DNA of 64,000 nucleotides, taken from contig CAVUPV010000006.1 of NCBI GenBank assembly GCA_963743395.1, forward strand, positions 71,491 to 135,490, given 5' to 3'. The notes below the pieces were generated by a model. The model saw only the letters and a program-made list of their open reading frames with translations. It searched no databases and was not told the DNA's origin. Made by a program: the position numbers and the translations under genes. The stretch comes from an uncultured Alphaproteobacteria bacterium. Its GTDB lineage: Bacteria > Pseudomonadota > Alphaproteobacteria > Rhizobiales > Xanthobacteraceae. Of the stretch, positions 1 to 9,582 are shown one piece after another; position 1 is the first letter of the stretch; the number at the start of each line of letters is the position of its first letter.

Positions 1-176
1 GCGTCGCCGAGAATGCGCGCCAGCGTGTCGGTCGGGCCGCCCGGCGGAAAGCCGACCATCATCGTGATCGGACGCGACGGATAAGTTGGTGTCTGCGCCA
101 AAGCGGCGGCGGCGCTTGCCAGCAACGCGACAATCGCGCCCGCCCAGTGGTAGCGTTTCCGATGGTCGCGTTTCAT
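1..176 (-). CDS. Bug/TctC-family tripartite tricarboxylate transporter substrate-binding protein, N-terminal fragment (gene runs off window start)
   Basis: Minus-strand ATG at 176 follows a GGGGAAGAG RBS. Translation is MKRDHRKRYHWAGAIVALLASAAAALAQTPTYPSRPITMMVGFPPGGPTDTLARILGD: a signal peptide plus a YPSRPI..GFPPGGPTD motif typical of Bug receptors. Absent from the ORF track because it is truncated. Confidence 0.6.
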   Translation of the reverse strand, partial: MKRDHRKRYHWAGAIVALLASAAAALAQTPTYPSRPITMMVGFPPGGPTDTLARILGD

Positions 177-362
177 TGCTCTTCCCCCTTGGTTCCCTTT
201 TGTGTTCGCGTTGTTATTTCCCCGCCGCGACGATGCCATGCGAGCCGGCGAGCGAAAAGGTCAACAGCACTGTCGCGATGACGCGCCGTGCTTTCCCCGC
301 AGCGCGCCCCGGCCCGCCGCGGCGATTGACGCCTCCCCCGTGCCGCCTATAACCATCCGAAA

Positions 363-2210
<1,848 letters not shown>

Positions 2211-2228
2211 TTTTTTCGCCGCGGCACC

Positions 2229-3460
2229 GTGCTCGTCACACCCGAACGCGAATTTGCCTTAGTATTGCTCCGTTGGCCTGGGAGTAACGCCCATCGAATT
2301 CGCCCTTTCCGAACTCCAGCAATCGGTCCGTGCCGCAGTCGAAAAGATCTGCGCGCGCTTTGGCGACGATTATTGGCTCAAGCGCGACAGCGACGGCGAA
2401 TTTCCGGAAGATTTTTATCGCGCGCTCGCCGCCGACGGCTGGCTCGGGGTGTGCATTCCGCAGGCCTATGGCGGATCGGGCCTCGGCGTGTCCGAAGCCG
2501 CGGTGATGATGCAGGCGATCACCGCGTCGGGCGCCGGCCTGTCCGGCGCGTCCGCCGTGCACATGAATATTTTCGGCCTCAATCCGGTCGTCGTTTACGG
2601 CAGCGAGGAGCAGAAGCGCCACATGCTGCCGCCGATCGCCGCCGGCAAGGAGAAAGCCTGCTTCGCCGTCACCGAGCCCAATGCCGGCCTCGAAACGGCG
2701 AAGCTCGAGACCAGGGCCGAACGCCGCGGCGATATTTACGTCATCACCGGCGCCAAGATCTGGATTTCCACGGCGCAAGTCGCGGACAAGATGCTCATTC
2801 TTGCGCGCACGACGCCGGCGGCGGCGGGAGGCAAGCCGGCCTCGGGCTTGAGTCTTTTCTATACCGCGCTCGATCGCCGCTTCGTCGAAGTGCGCGAGAT
2901 CGAGAAGATGGGACGCAAGGCGGTCGACTCCAATCAGCTGTTCATCGACGGGCTTGAAGGTCCCCGCCGCCGACCGGATCGGCGAGGACGGCCGCGGCTT
3001 CGAATACATTCTTCACGGACTTAATCCGGAGCGCATTCTGGTCGCCGCCGAAGCAATCGGGCTCGGCCGCGCCGCGCTCGCCCGCGCCACCGCCTATGCC
3101 AAGGAGCGTGTCGTGTTCGGCCGACCGATCGGACGCAACCAGGCGATCCAGCATCCGCTGGCGGAAAGCTGGATGGAGCTCGAAGCCGCCGAACTGATGA
3201 TGCACAAGGCCGCCTGGCAATACGATCACGGCGTGCCGTGCGCGCCGGCGGCCAATGCCGCGAAATATCTCGCCGCCGAGGCCGGCTTCAAAGCCTGCCA
3301 GACCGCGGTCGCCACCCACGGCGGCTACGGCTACGCCAAGGAATATCACGTCGAACGCTATTTCCGCGAAATCATGATTCCGAAACTGGCGCCGGTCTCG
3401 CCGCAGCTCATCCTCTGCTTCATCGCCGAGAAAGTTTTGGGGCTGCCCAGATCCTACTGA
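2229..3460 (+). pseudogene. acyl-CoA dehydrogenase, frameshifted
   Basis: The ACAD sequence is split between frame 1 (..PIEFALSELQQ..GVCIPQAYGGSGLG..FIDGLEGP) and frame 2 (KVPAADRIGEDGRGFEYILHGLNPERI..YAKEYHVERYFRE). The junction is at the G-run near 2950 (gacGGGcttgaagg). Frame 1 has no ATG/GTG/TTG between the stop at 2260 and 2449, and the only upstream GTG (2229) is in frame 3. Confidence 0.8.
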
Positions 3461-3464
3461 GAGC

Positions 3465-3848
3465 TTAGAGCGGCGCCCGGAAGACGAAGAACGCGCCGCC
3501 GGCAATGAGCGCAAAGCCAACCACCTGATTCCAGGTGACCGACTGCTGCAAATAAACCACCGAGAACACGCCGAACACCGTGAGCGTCACCACCTCCTGG
3601 ATCGTTTTCAACTGGGCCGCCGAATAGGCGGCGTTGCCGTAGCGGTTGGCCGGCACCGCCATGCAGTATTCGAAGAAGGCGAGGCCCCAGCTGATGAGGA
3701 TGACCTGCCAAAGCGGCACTTCCTTGAAACGCAGGTGCCAGTACCAGGCAGTGGTCATAAAGACGTTGGAGCCGATCAACAAAACGATAGGGAAGACATA
3801 GGGAGACGTCAGCAGCGTTGGCATGAGAACCTTCTTGACTAATGGCAT
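3465..3848 (-). CDS. DMT-superfamily small membrane protein (DUF486-like)
   Basis: About 4 TM helices; sequence PYVFPIVLLIGSNVFMTTAWYWHLRF..WGLAFFEYCMAVPANRYG. I chose the internal start MPLVKK at 3848; the ORF track maximum is 3917. Confidence 0.7.
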   Translation of the reverse strand: MPLVKKVLMPTLLTSPYVFPIVLLIGSNVFMTTAWYWHLRFKEVPLWQVILISWGLAFFEYCMAVPANRYGNAAYSAAQLKTIQEVVTLTVFGVFSVVYLQQSVTWNQVVGFALIAGGAFFVFRAPL

Positions 3849-3981
3849 GACCGAACGAGGCCGCGAGGCATACTCCAGCCAACGGCCCGGACCAATCGGC
3901 GTTCCCGTCCGCCGCATGCCGGTCGCAATCTGTTACTATTGCTGACGCCATTGCGCCGACTATGACCCGGGAGCTAATTCG

Positions 3982-4785
3982 ATGCGCCGATTGCCGATTG
4001 CCGCCATCGTGACACTTGTTTTTGCCGCCCTGACCTTGGCGGCGGTGTCGGCCGTGGCGCAGCAGGGACAGTTGCCGATGCCTCCGGGCGGCTACCGGCC
4101 GCCACCCGCCGCGCCGATCAAGCCTTACCCGCCGGTGGCGGTGACGCCGCCGGCGCCGTTGAACGATCCGGCCTTCGTCGCCTTCCGCAAGCAGCTTGCC
4201 GACATTGCCATGCACAAGGATCGCGCCGCGCTCGCCAAGCTAGTTGTGGCGCAGAATTTCTTCTGGCTGCAAGACAAAAATCTGGCCGATCCGCGCCAGT
4301 CCGGCATCGATAATCTCGCCAAGGCGATCGCGCTCGACGCCAAGGACGGATCGGGCTGGGACGTCGTGACCGGCTATGCCAACGAATCGTCGGCCGCGGA
4401 ATTGCCGCAACAGAAGGGCGTGTTCTGCGCGCCGGCCGATCCGACCATCGATAGCGCCGCATTCGAAAATCTCGTCAAGATGACCGGCACCGATCCGTCG
4501 CAGTGGGGCTATCCGACCGCCGACGGCGTCGAAGCGCATGCCGGGCCGGCGCCGAACACGCCGGTCGTCGAAAAGCTCGGCATGGTCATGGTGCGCGTGC
4601 TGCCGGACACCGCGCCGCCGTCTGATCCGAATTCGCCATTATTCCTGCACGTCGCGACGCCGTCAGGCAAAACCGCCTATGTCGACGCCCAGGTACTGTC
4701 GCCGCTCGGCGGCGACCAGATGTGCTACGTTAAGGACGCCAGCGGCTGGAAGATCGCCGGCTATGCTGGCGGCGTCGCGCAATAG
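3982..4785 (+). CDS. secreted hypothetical protein
   Basis: 267-aa ORF with signal peptide MRRLPIAAIVTLVFAALTLAAVSAVAQQ, then a Pro-rich linker. Coding-like codon usage; no family recognised. Confidence 0.65.
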   Translation: MRRLPIAAIVTLVFAALTLAAVSAVAQQGQLPMPPGGYRPPPAAPIKPYPPVAVTPPAPLNDPAFVAFRKQLADIAMHKDRAALAKLVVAQNFFWLQDKNLADPRQSGIDNLAKAIALDAKDGSGWDVVTGYANESSAAELPQQKGVFCAPADPTIDSAAFENLVKMTGTDPSQWGYPTADGVEAHAGPAPNTPVVEKLGMVMVRVLPDTAPPSDPNSPLFLHVATPSGKTAYVDAQVLSPLGGDQMCYVKDASGWKIAGYAGGVAQ

Positions 4786-4849
4786 ATTTTAGGGTATTGA
4801 ACCGGCACCGCGCCCGTTCGACAATGCGGCTATGAGAGACTGGGGACTT

Positions 4850-5473
4850 ATGAAGAGGTTTCGGCTCGCTTCGTGGATCGGAGCAGCGATTCTGTGCATG
4901 GCGTCGCTGCCGGCGCCGGCGCAGCAGATGCCGTCGCAGCCGCAGCCGCCGGTATTTCAGTACCCGGTCACGGCGGCGGACGTCGATCCTGGCGTCGACC
5001 ACGGCAATTCGGACGAAAATCTTCCCGACGATTTCAAGAAACAGATGGTGTTCTACCGCTCGCTACAGCCGGCCGGCACCATCATCATCGATACGCAGGA
5101 GCGTCATCTTTATCTGATCCAGGATGAAACCCACGCGCTGCGCTACGGCATCGGCGTCGGCCGCGACGGCTTCACCTGGCAGGGCCTGTTGCAGATCACC
5201 AAGAAGGCGGAGTGGCCGGATTGGCATCCGCCGGCCGAAATGATCGAGCGGCAGCCCTATCTGCCGCGCTTTATGGCCGGCGGTCCGGGCAATCCGCTCG
5301 GCGCCCGCGCCATGTATCTCGGCAATACCGTTTATCGCATCCACGGCACCAACGCGCCGGAGACGATCGGCCAGGCGGTTTCGTCGGGCTGCTTCCGGCT
5401 CGTCAATGACGACGTGATCGATCTGTATAGCCGGGTCAATGTCGGAACCCACGTCATCGTGCGGCAAGATTAG
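4850..5473 (+). CDS. L,D-transpeptidase (YkuD domain)
   Basis: Signal peptide MKRFRLASWIGAAILCMASLPAPAQQ. YkuD motifs RYGIGVGRDGFTW and HGTNAPETIGQAVSSGCFRL (catalytic Cys). An alternative ATG is at 4832. Confidence 0.9.
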   Translation: MKRFRLASWIGAAILCMASLPAPAQQMPSQPQPPVFQYPVTAADVDPGVDHGNSDENLPDDFKKQMVFYRSLQPAGTIIIDTQERHLYLIQDETHALRYGIGVGRDGFTWQGLLQITKKAEWPDWHPPAEMIERQPYLPRFMAGGPGNPLGARAMYLGNTVYRIHGTNAPETIGQAVSSGCFRLVNDDVIDLYSRVNVGTHVIVRQD

Positions 5474-5504
5474 CGCACAACACCCGTCGGCGAGCGGCTG
5501 AAAT

Positions 5505-5566
5505 CCGTTCGTCCCCGCGCAAGCGGGGACCCAGTAACTGGATTCCCGCTTGCGCGGGAATGAGCA
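5505..5566. repeat. REP-like double hairpin, family A (GTCCCCGCGCAAGCGGGGAC + GGATTCCCGCTTGCGCGGGAATGA)
   Basis: Two adjacent perfect or near-perfect palindromes just after the ldt stop. A near-identical copy lies at 22890-22945. Confidence 0.85.
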
Positions 5567-5582
5567 GAAAACAATTCAGTCC

Positions 5583-6305
5583 TTACCCGCCCCGTCCCGC
5601 CGCGGCGGCGACGGATTGCGCTGTCTGGCCGAACAGAATGGCGCGTTCCTCCGCGGTGCGGATGCCGCCCTGGCCGGGATTGATCTTCGGCATCCATTCG
5701 TAAGCCTTGACCACCGCCGGCCGCGCCTTGATCGCCTCGAACCAGCGCTTTAGGTGCGGGAAATCGTCGATGTTCTGCGCCTGGCGTTGCCATGGCACGA
5801 TCCACGGATAGGAGGCCATGTCGGCGATCGAATATTCGCCGGCGAGAAAAGCGCGGTCGGCGAGCCGCTTGTTCATCACGCCGTACAGCCGATTGACCTC
5901 GTTACGATAGCGATCGATCGCATACCGGATTTTGTCGACAGCATAATTGCCGAAGTGATTGTACTGGCCCGACATCGGGCCGAGACCGCCCATCTGCCAG
6001 AACAGCCATTCCAGCGCCGCGGTGCGGCCGCGCAAATCCTTTGGAATAAACTTGCCGGTCTTGTCGGCCAGATAAAGCAGGATGGCGCCCGACTCGAAGA
6101 CCGGGATCGGCTTGCCGCCGTCGGCCGGTTTATGGTCGACGATGGCGGGAATGCGGTTGTTCGGCGATACCGCCAGGAACTCCGCCTTGAATTGCTCGCC
6201 CTTGCCGATATTGACTGGAATGATTTTGTATTCCAGTCCAGCTTCCTCAAGAAAAATCGTGACTTTGTGGCCGTTCGGCGTGGTCCAATAATGTACGTCG
6301 ATCAT
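5583..6305 (-). CDS. yfcG: glutathione S-transferase, Nu-class (YfcG-like)
   Basis: MIDVHYWTTPNGHKVTIFLEEAGLEYKIIPVNIGKGEQFKAEFLAVSPNNRIPAIVDH..FESGAILLYLADKTG is closely colinear with E. coli YfcG as I recall it. Confidence 0.85.
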   Translation of the reverse strand: MIDVHYWTTPNGHKVTIFLEEAGLEYKIIPVNIGKGEQFKAEFLAVSPNNRIPAIVDHKPADGGKPIPVFESGAILLYLADKTGKFIPKDLRGRTAALEWLFWQMGGLGPMSGQYNHFGNYAVDKIRYAIDRYRNEVNRLYGVMNKRLADRAFLAGEYSIADMASYPWIVPWQRQAQNIDDFPHLKRWFEAIKARPAVVKAYEWMPKINPGQGGIRTAEERAILFGQTAQSVAAAAGRGG

Positions 6306-6384
6306 GACAAGCCCTTGGGTGGGATGATGGGAGAACGACCACTCTAGCGCGTTTTCTAGCGATTATTTAACCCCTCCCGGCGCA

Positions 6385-7716
6385 TTGCTGTCCTTCGTGG
6401 CCAGCACCGGTACTTACGCCCCAAAAACTGCCCCCGCGCCCGGCTTGGCCGCGCGCGCACCGGCCAATGCAATCGTCGCCGTGGCGATCCTCGCGCTGTT
6501 CGTGATCGCCGCGATCGCCAGCGCCATGCGCAAGGACATCACGCAGGGTTTTGACGAGGTGGCGCACGTTTCCTACGTGGCGCACATCCAGCACAGCGGC
6601 AATCCTTGGCCGGACTTGACCGGCATGCGGCTGATCGACCCGCGCACATTCCAGTTCACCGGCACGGCGAACTATCTCAATCATCCGCCGAAATTCTACG
6701 CGCTCCTGGCGCTCGTCGGCCCGGTGCTGGAAGGCCATCCGCAAGCGCTCTTGGTTCACCGGCTGATCGACGTCGCGATCGTCGCTCTTGGCCTCGCAGC
6801 CCTGCTCGGGCTTGGTCTCGCGGCGCGGTTCTCGCGCGAGGAATTTTATGCCTATGCGGTGCCGCTCGCCTGCATTCCGGTCCTGGCGCCGCTCGCCGGC
6901 GCGGTGAACAACGACGATCTCGCTTTTTTCGGCGGCGCCATGGTCATCCTCGGCGCCTGGCAATACATTGCCACCGGCCGCGACGGTTGGATGGCGCTGG
7001 CGCTCTTCGGCGTTGTCGCCGCGGGCTGGGCGAAGCTGACGGGGCTTCTCCTCACCGCCGCGATGATGAGCGGCGTCATGACTTATTTGCTGTGGCGGCA
7101 GCGCCTGCCGTGGCTCTGGATCGTCGCGGCGGTGGCGGTATTGTCGCTCGCCGCGACGCCCTATTTCGAATTCATCGTCAGTTACGGCAGCCCAACGCCG
7201 CAGACGCCGGCGCAGGTCGCGCTCATCGCCGACGGTGCGCGCGCCGCCGGCTGGGCCGATCTGCCGCGCCAATCGTTTCCCGGCTATCTCGTCTATTTCA
7301 TCGGCGCCTTCATCGCCGACTGGATGCCGGCGCTCGGCGCGCACAACGCGCTCAACGATGTGATGCTTGTCATTCCCGCCGCGACGCTCGCCGGCGCGCT
7401 CTTCGGTTTGGCGCTGTCGCTGCAGCGCTTGTGGCGGCGCCGGGAGACGGTACTCGACGTTGTTGTCGTCGCCGGCTTCTACGGCATTGCCGCGACGTTC
7501 GCGATCCATGTGTATTACAGCTACGGCCGCTATGCCGCGACCGGCTGGCTGATGGACGCCTATCCGCGTTATTACCTGCCGTTCGCCGCGATCGTGCCGC
7601 TGGCCTGCCTGTCGCTCGCTGCCGCGATCGAAGCGCCGCGCTGGCGCAATGGTTTGCTGGTGTTCCTGATCGGCGGCCCCGTCCTGTTCCGCCTGTTCGG
7701 CGCGCCGCTCAGCTGA
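6385..7716 (+). CDS. polytopic inner-membrane protein, possibly a GT-C type glycosyltransferase (ArnT/PMT-like)
   Basis: 443-aa ORF with more than 10 hydrophobic segments. A DEVAHVSY motif follows TM1, resembling the GT-C acidic loop. The family call is tentative. Confidence 0.55.
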   Translation: MLSFVASTGTYAPKTAPAPGLAARAPANAIVAVAILALFVIAAIASAMRKDITQGFDEVAHVSYVAHIQHSGNPWPDLTGMRLIDPRTFQFTGTANYLNHPPKFYALLALVGPVLEGHPQALLVHRLIDVAIVALGLAALLGLGLAARFSREEFYAYAVPLACIPVLAPLAGAVNNDDLAFFGGAMVILGAWQYIATGRDGWMALALFGVVAAGWAKLTGLLLTAAMMSGVMTYLLWRQRLPWLWIVAAVAVLSLAATPYFEFIVSYGSPTPQTPAQVALIADGARAAGWADLPRQSFPGYLVYFIGAFIADWMPALGAHNALNDVMLVIPAATLAGALFGLALSLQRLWRRRETVLDVVVVAGFYGIAATFAIHVYYSYGRYAATGWLMDAYPRYYLPFAAIVPLACLSLAAAIEAPRWRNGLLVFLIGGPVLFRLFGAPLS

Positions 7717-7809
7717 AACTGCAAAGCGGGCGTGACGATCTTAAAGTTTTAAAAGCGCCCACCGGCGCCGGCAAACGTGCTAAGCTCTCCTTCCCTTGAA
7801 GGAGGAATC

Positions 7810-8109
7810 ATGGTCACGGAAATTGCCCAAATCGAGGTCAAGCCCGGCATGGAATCGGAGTTCGAGGCCGGCGTGAAAACCGCCGCGCCGATCTTCAAAC
7901 GCGCCAAGGGCTGCCGCGCCATGGAGTTGCGGCGATCGGTCGAAAAACCCGGCCGCTACCGTTTGTTCGTCGCCTGGCAGACCGTCGAGAACCATACCGT
8001 CGATTTTCGCGAATCACCGGATTTTCAGGAATGGCGCAAGCTGGTCGTCCATTGCTTTGCGTCGCCGCCCGAAGTCGAGCACGTGCAACAGGTGCTGCGC
8101 GGGTTTTGA
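7810..8109 (+). CDS. antibiotic-biosynthesis-monooxygenase (ABM) domain protein
   Basis: GAAGGAGGA RBS lies 4 nt before the ATG at 7810. About 100 aa: MVTEIAQIEVKPGMESEFEAGV..RYRLFVAWQTVENHTVDFRESPDFQEW, a typical ABM ferredoxin-like fold. Confidence 0.8.
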   Translation: MVTEIAQIEVKPGMESEFEAGVKTAAPIFKRAKGCRAMELRRSVEKPGRYRLFVAWQTVENHTVDFRESPDFQEWRKLVVHCFASPPEVEHVQQVLRGF

Positions 8110-8114
8110 TTCAC

Positions 8115-8142
8115 GGTCATTCCCGCCAAAGCGGGAATGACC
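8115..8142. repeat. REP-like single hairpin (GGTCATTCCCGC-CAAA-GCGGGAATGACC)
   Basis: Perfect 12-bp stem between convergent genes. It shares the GGGAATGA arm with family A. Confidence 0.8.
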
Positions 8143-8174
8143 GGCAGATGCGAAACATCCATCCGATTTCCGCG

Positions 8175-9407
8175 TCACGCCCGTACCCGCTCCACATTGG
8201 CGATGCGCGCCGGCACGCCGAATTCACGCCGGCACACCTCGGCGAGCGTAGCGACGCCTTGGCGAATCGCGTCGTGCGAGGCGTTGGCGAAGCACAGCCG
8301 GGTGCGGCTTTTGCCGTAAGCCTCGTCGGTCGCCCATTCCGCACCCGGATTGATGGCGACGCCGGCCGCCAGCGCCGGCTGGTAAAGTTTTGACGTATCG
8401 ACCTGGTCCGGCAGCTTGACCCACAGGAAAATGCCGCCCTTCGGGTCGTCGAATTCGGCCGCGGTGCCGAATTGCTCGTTGAGCGCATCCATCAGCGTTT
8501 CCAGTTTGGCGCGCAGGCTGCGCGTCAGCGCCGGCACATGGGCGTCGAAATGCTTTGGGCAGAATTCGCCCAATACCATCTGTTCGAGCGCGCCGGAACC
8601 GGCGTCGGTCTTGATCGCCAGCATGCGCGCCAAAAGATTCCATTCGGCGACGATGTAGCCGACGCGCAAGGCCGGCGCGATCGATTTCGAGAACGAGCCG
8701 ATATGGACGACGCCGCCATGCTGGCTCATGGCGTGCAGCGCCGGCGGCCGCTTGCCGTCCCAGATCAGATCGGAATAGCAATCGTCCTCGAAGATCGGCA
8801 CGCCGTGCTGTTGCGCCAGCCGCAGCAATTCGTGGCGACGCGCTTCGCTCAAGATCGTGCCGGTCGGATTCTGCACCGTCGGGATGGTGTAGATGTATTT
8901 CGGGCGCACGCCGCGCCGCTTGAGATCCTCGAGTGCTGCGGCGAGCGCATCCATGCGCATGCCCTCGCCGTCGAGCGGGATGCCGACTGCATTGACGCCG
9001 AGCCGCGTCAGTCGATTGAGCGAGCCCTGATAGGATTCCCGCTCGATGATGACGGTGTCGCCGCGCGAAAGCAGGATGCCGTTGACCAGATCGAGCGCCT
9101 GCAGTGAGCCCGAGGTGACAAGGATCTCGTCGGCGGCGCAGGAAATGCCGGCGGTGCGCTTGAGCTTCTGCGCCAGAAACTCGCGCAACGGTCTATAGCC
9201 CTGCGGGCCGCTGGCCAGACCGTAGGTCGCGAGGTTGCGGCCCTCGCGCGTGAGCACGTCGTTCGCCGCCTTGACCAGTGCGTCGAGCGGAACCTGGTCG
9301 GCGTCGTTGTGGCCGCCGGTGAAATTGTATTTGGCAAAGCCGTTCCATTTGAGCGCGGGCGCCGGCAGGCCGGATGCGAGCAAGGGCGTGAAGTCGAAGG
9401 CGGGCAT
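8175..9407 (-). CDS. PLP-dependent aminotransferase, class I/II fold
   Basis: Start MPAFDFTPLL at 9407 follows a GGGAGA RBS. Sequence includes SFSKSIAPALRVGY (PLP lysine) and NPTGT. The longer ORF-track version (to 9851) reads through a REP element and was trimmed. Confidence 0.85.
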   Translation of the reverse strand: MPAFDFTPLLASGLPAPALKWNGFAKYNFTGGHNDADQVPLDALVKAANDVLTREGRNLATYGLASGPQGYRPLREFLAQKLKRTAGISCAADEILVTSGSLQALDLVNGILLSRGDTVIIERESYQGSLNRLTRLGVNAVGIPLDGEGMRMDALAAALEDLKRRGVRPKYIYTIPTVQNPTGTILSEARRHELLRLAQQHGVPIFEDDCYSDLIWDGKRPPALHAMSQHGGVVHIGSFSKSIAPALRVGYIVAEWNLLARMLAIKTDAGSGALEQMVLGEFCPKHFDAHVPALTRSLRAKLETLMDALNEQFGTAAEFDDPKGGIFLWVKLPDQVDTSKLYQPALAAGVAINPGAEWATDEAYGKSRTRLCFANASHDAIRQGVATLAEVCRREFGVPARIANVERVRA

Positions 9408-9435
9408 GGCTGTTTTCTCCCTGATCCAGAGACTA

Positions 9436-9546
9436 GCGTCATTCCGGGGCCGAGCGAAGCGAGGAGCCCGGAATCCATACTCACAGGTCAGCGAACATGG
9501 ATTCCGGACTTGCCGCTGTCGCGGCAATCCGGAATGACGGACGTCA
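9436..9546. repeat. REP/MITE-like element, family B (GTCATTCCGGGGC...GGAATGAC arms)
   Basis: About 110-bp composite palindrome: gcgtcattccggggccgagcgaagcgaggagcccggaatcc ... ggattccgg...ccggaatgacgg. Related copies at 14309-14400, 27698-27805 and 62271-62390. Confidence 0.85.
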
Positions 9547-9582
9547 CTTTCCTCGCTACCGGACTCAACCCATATTGGGGTC

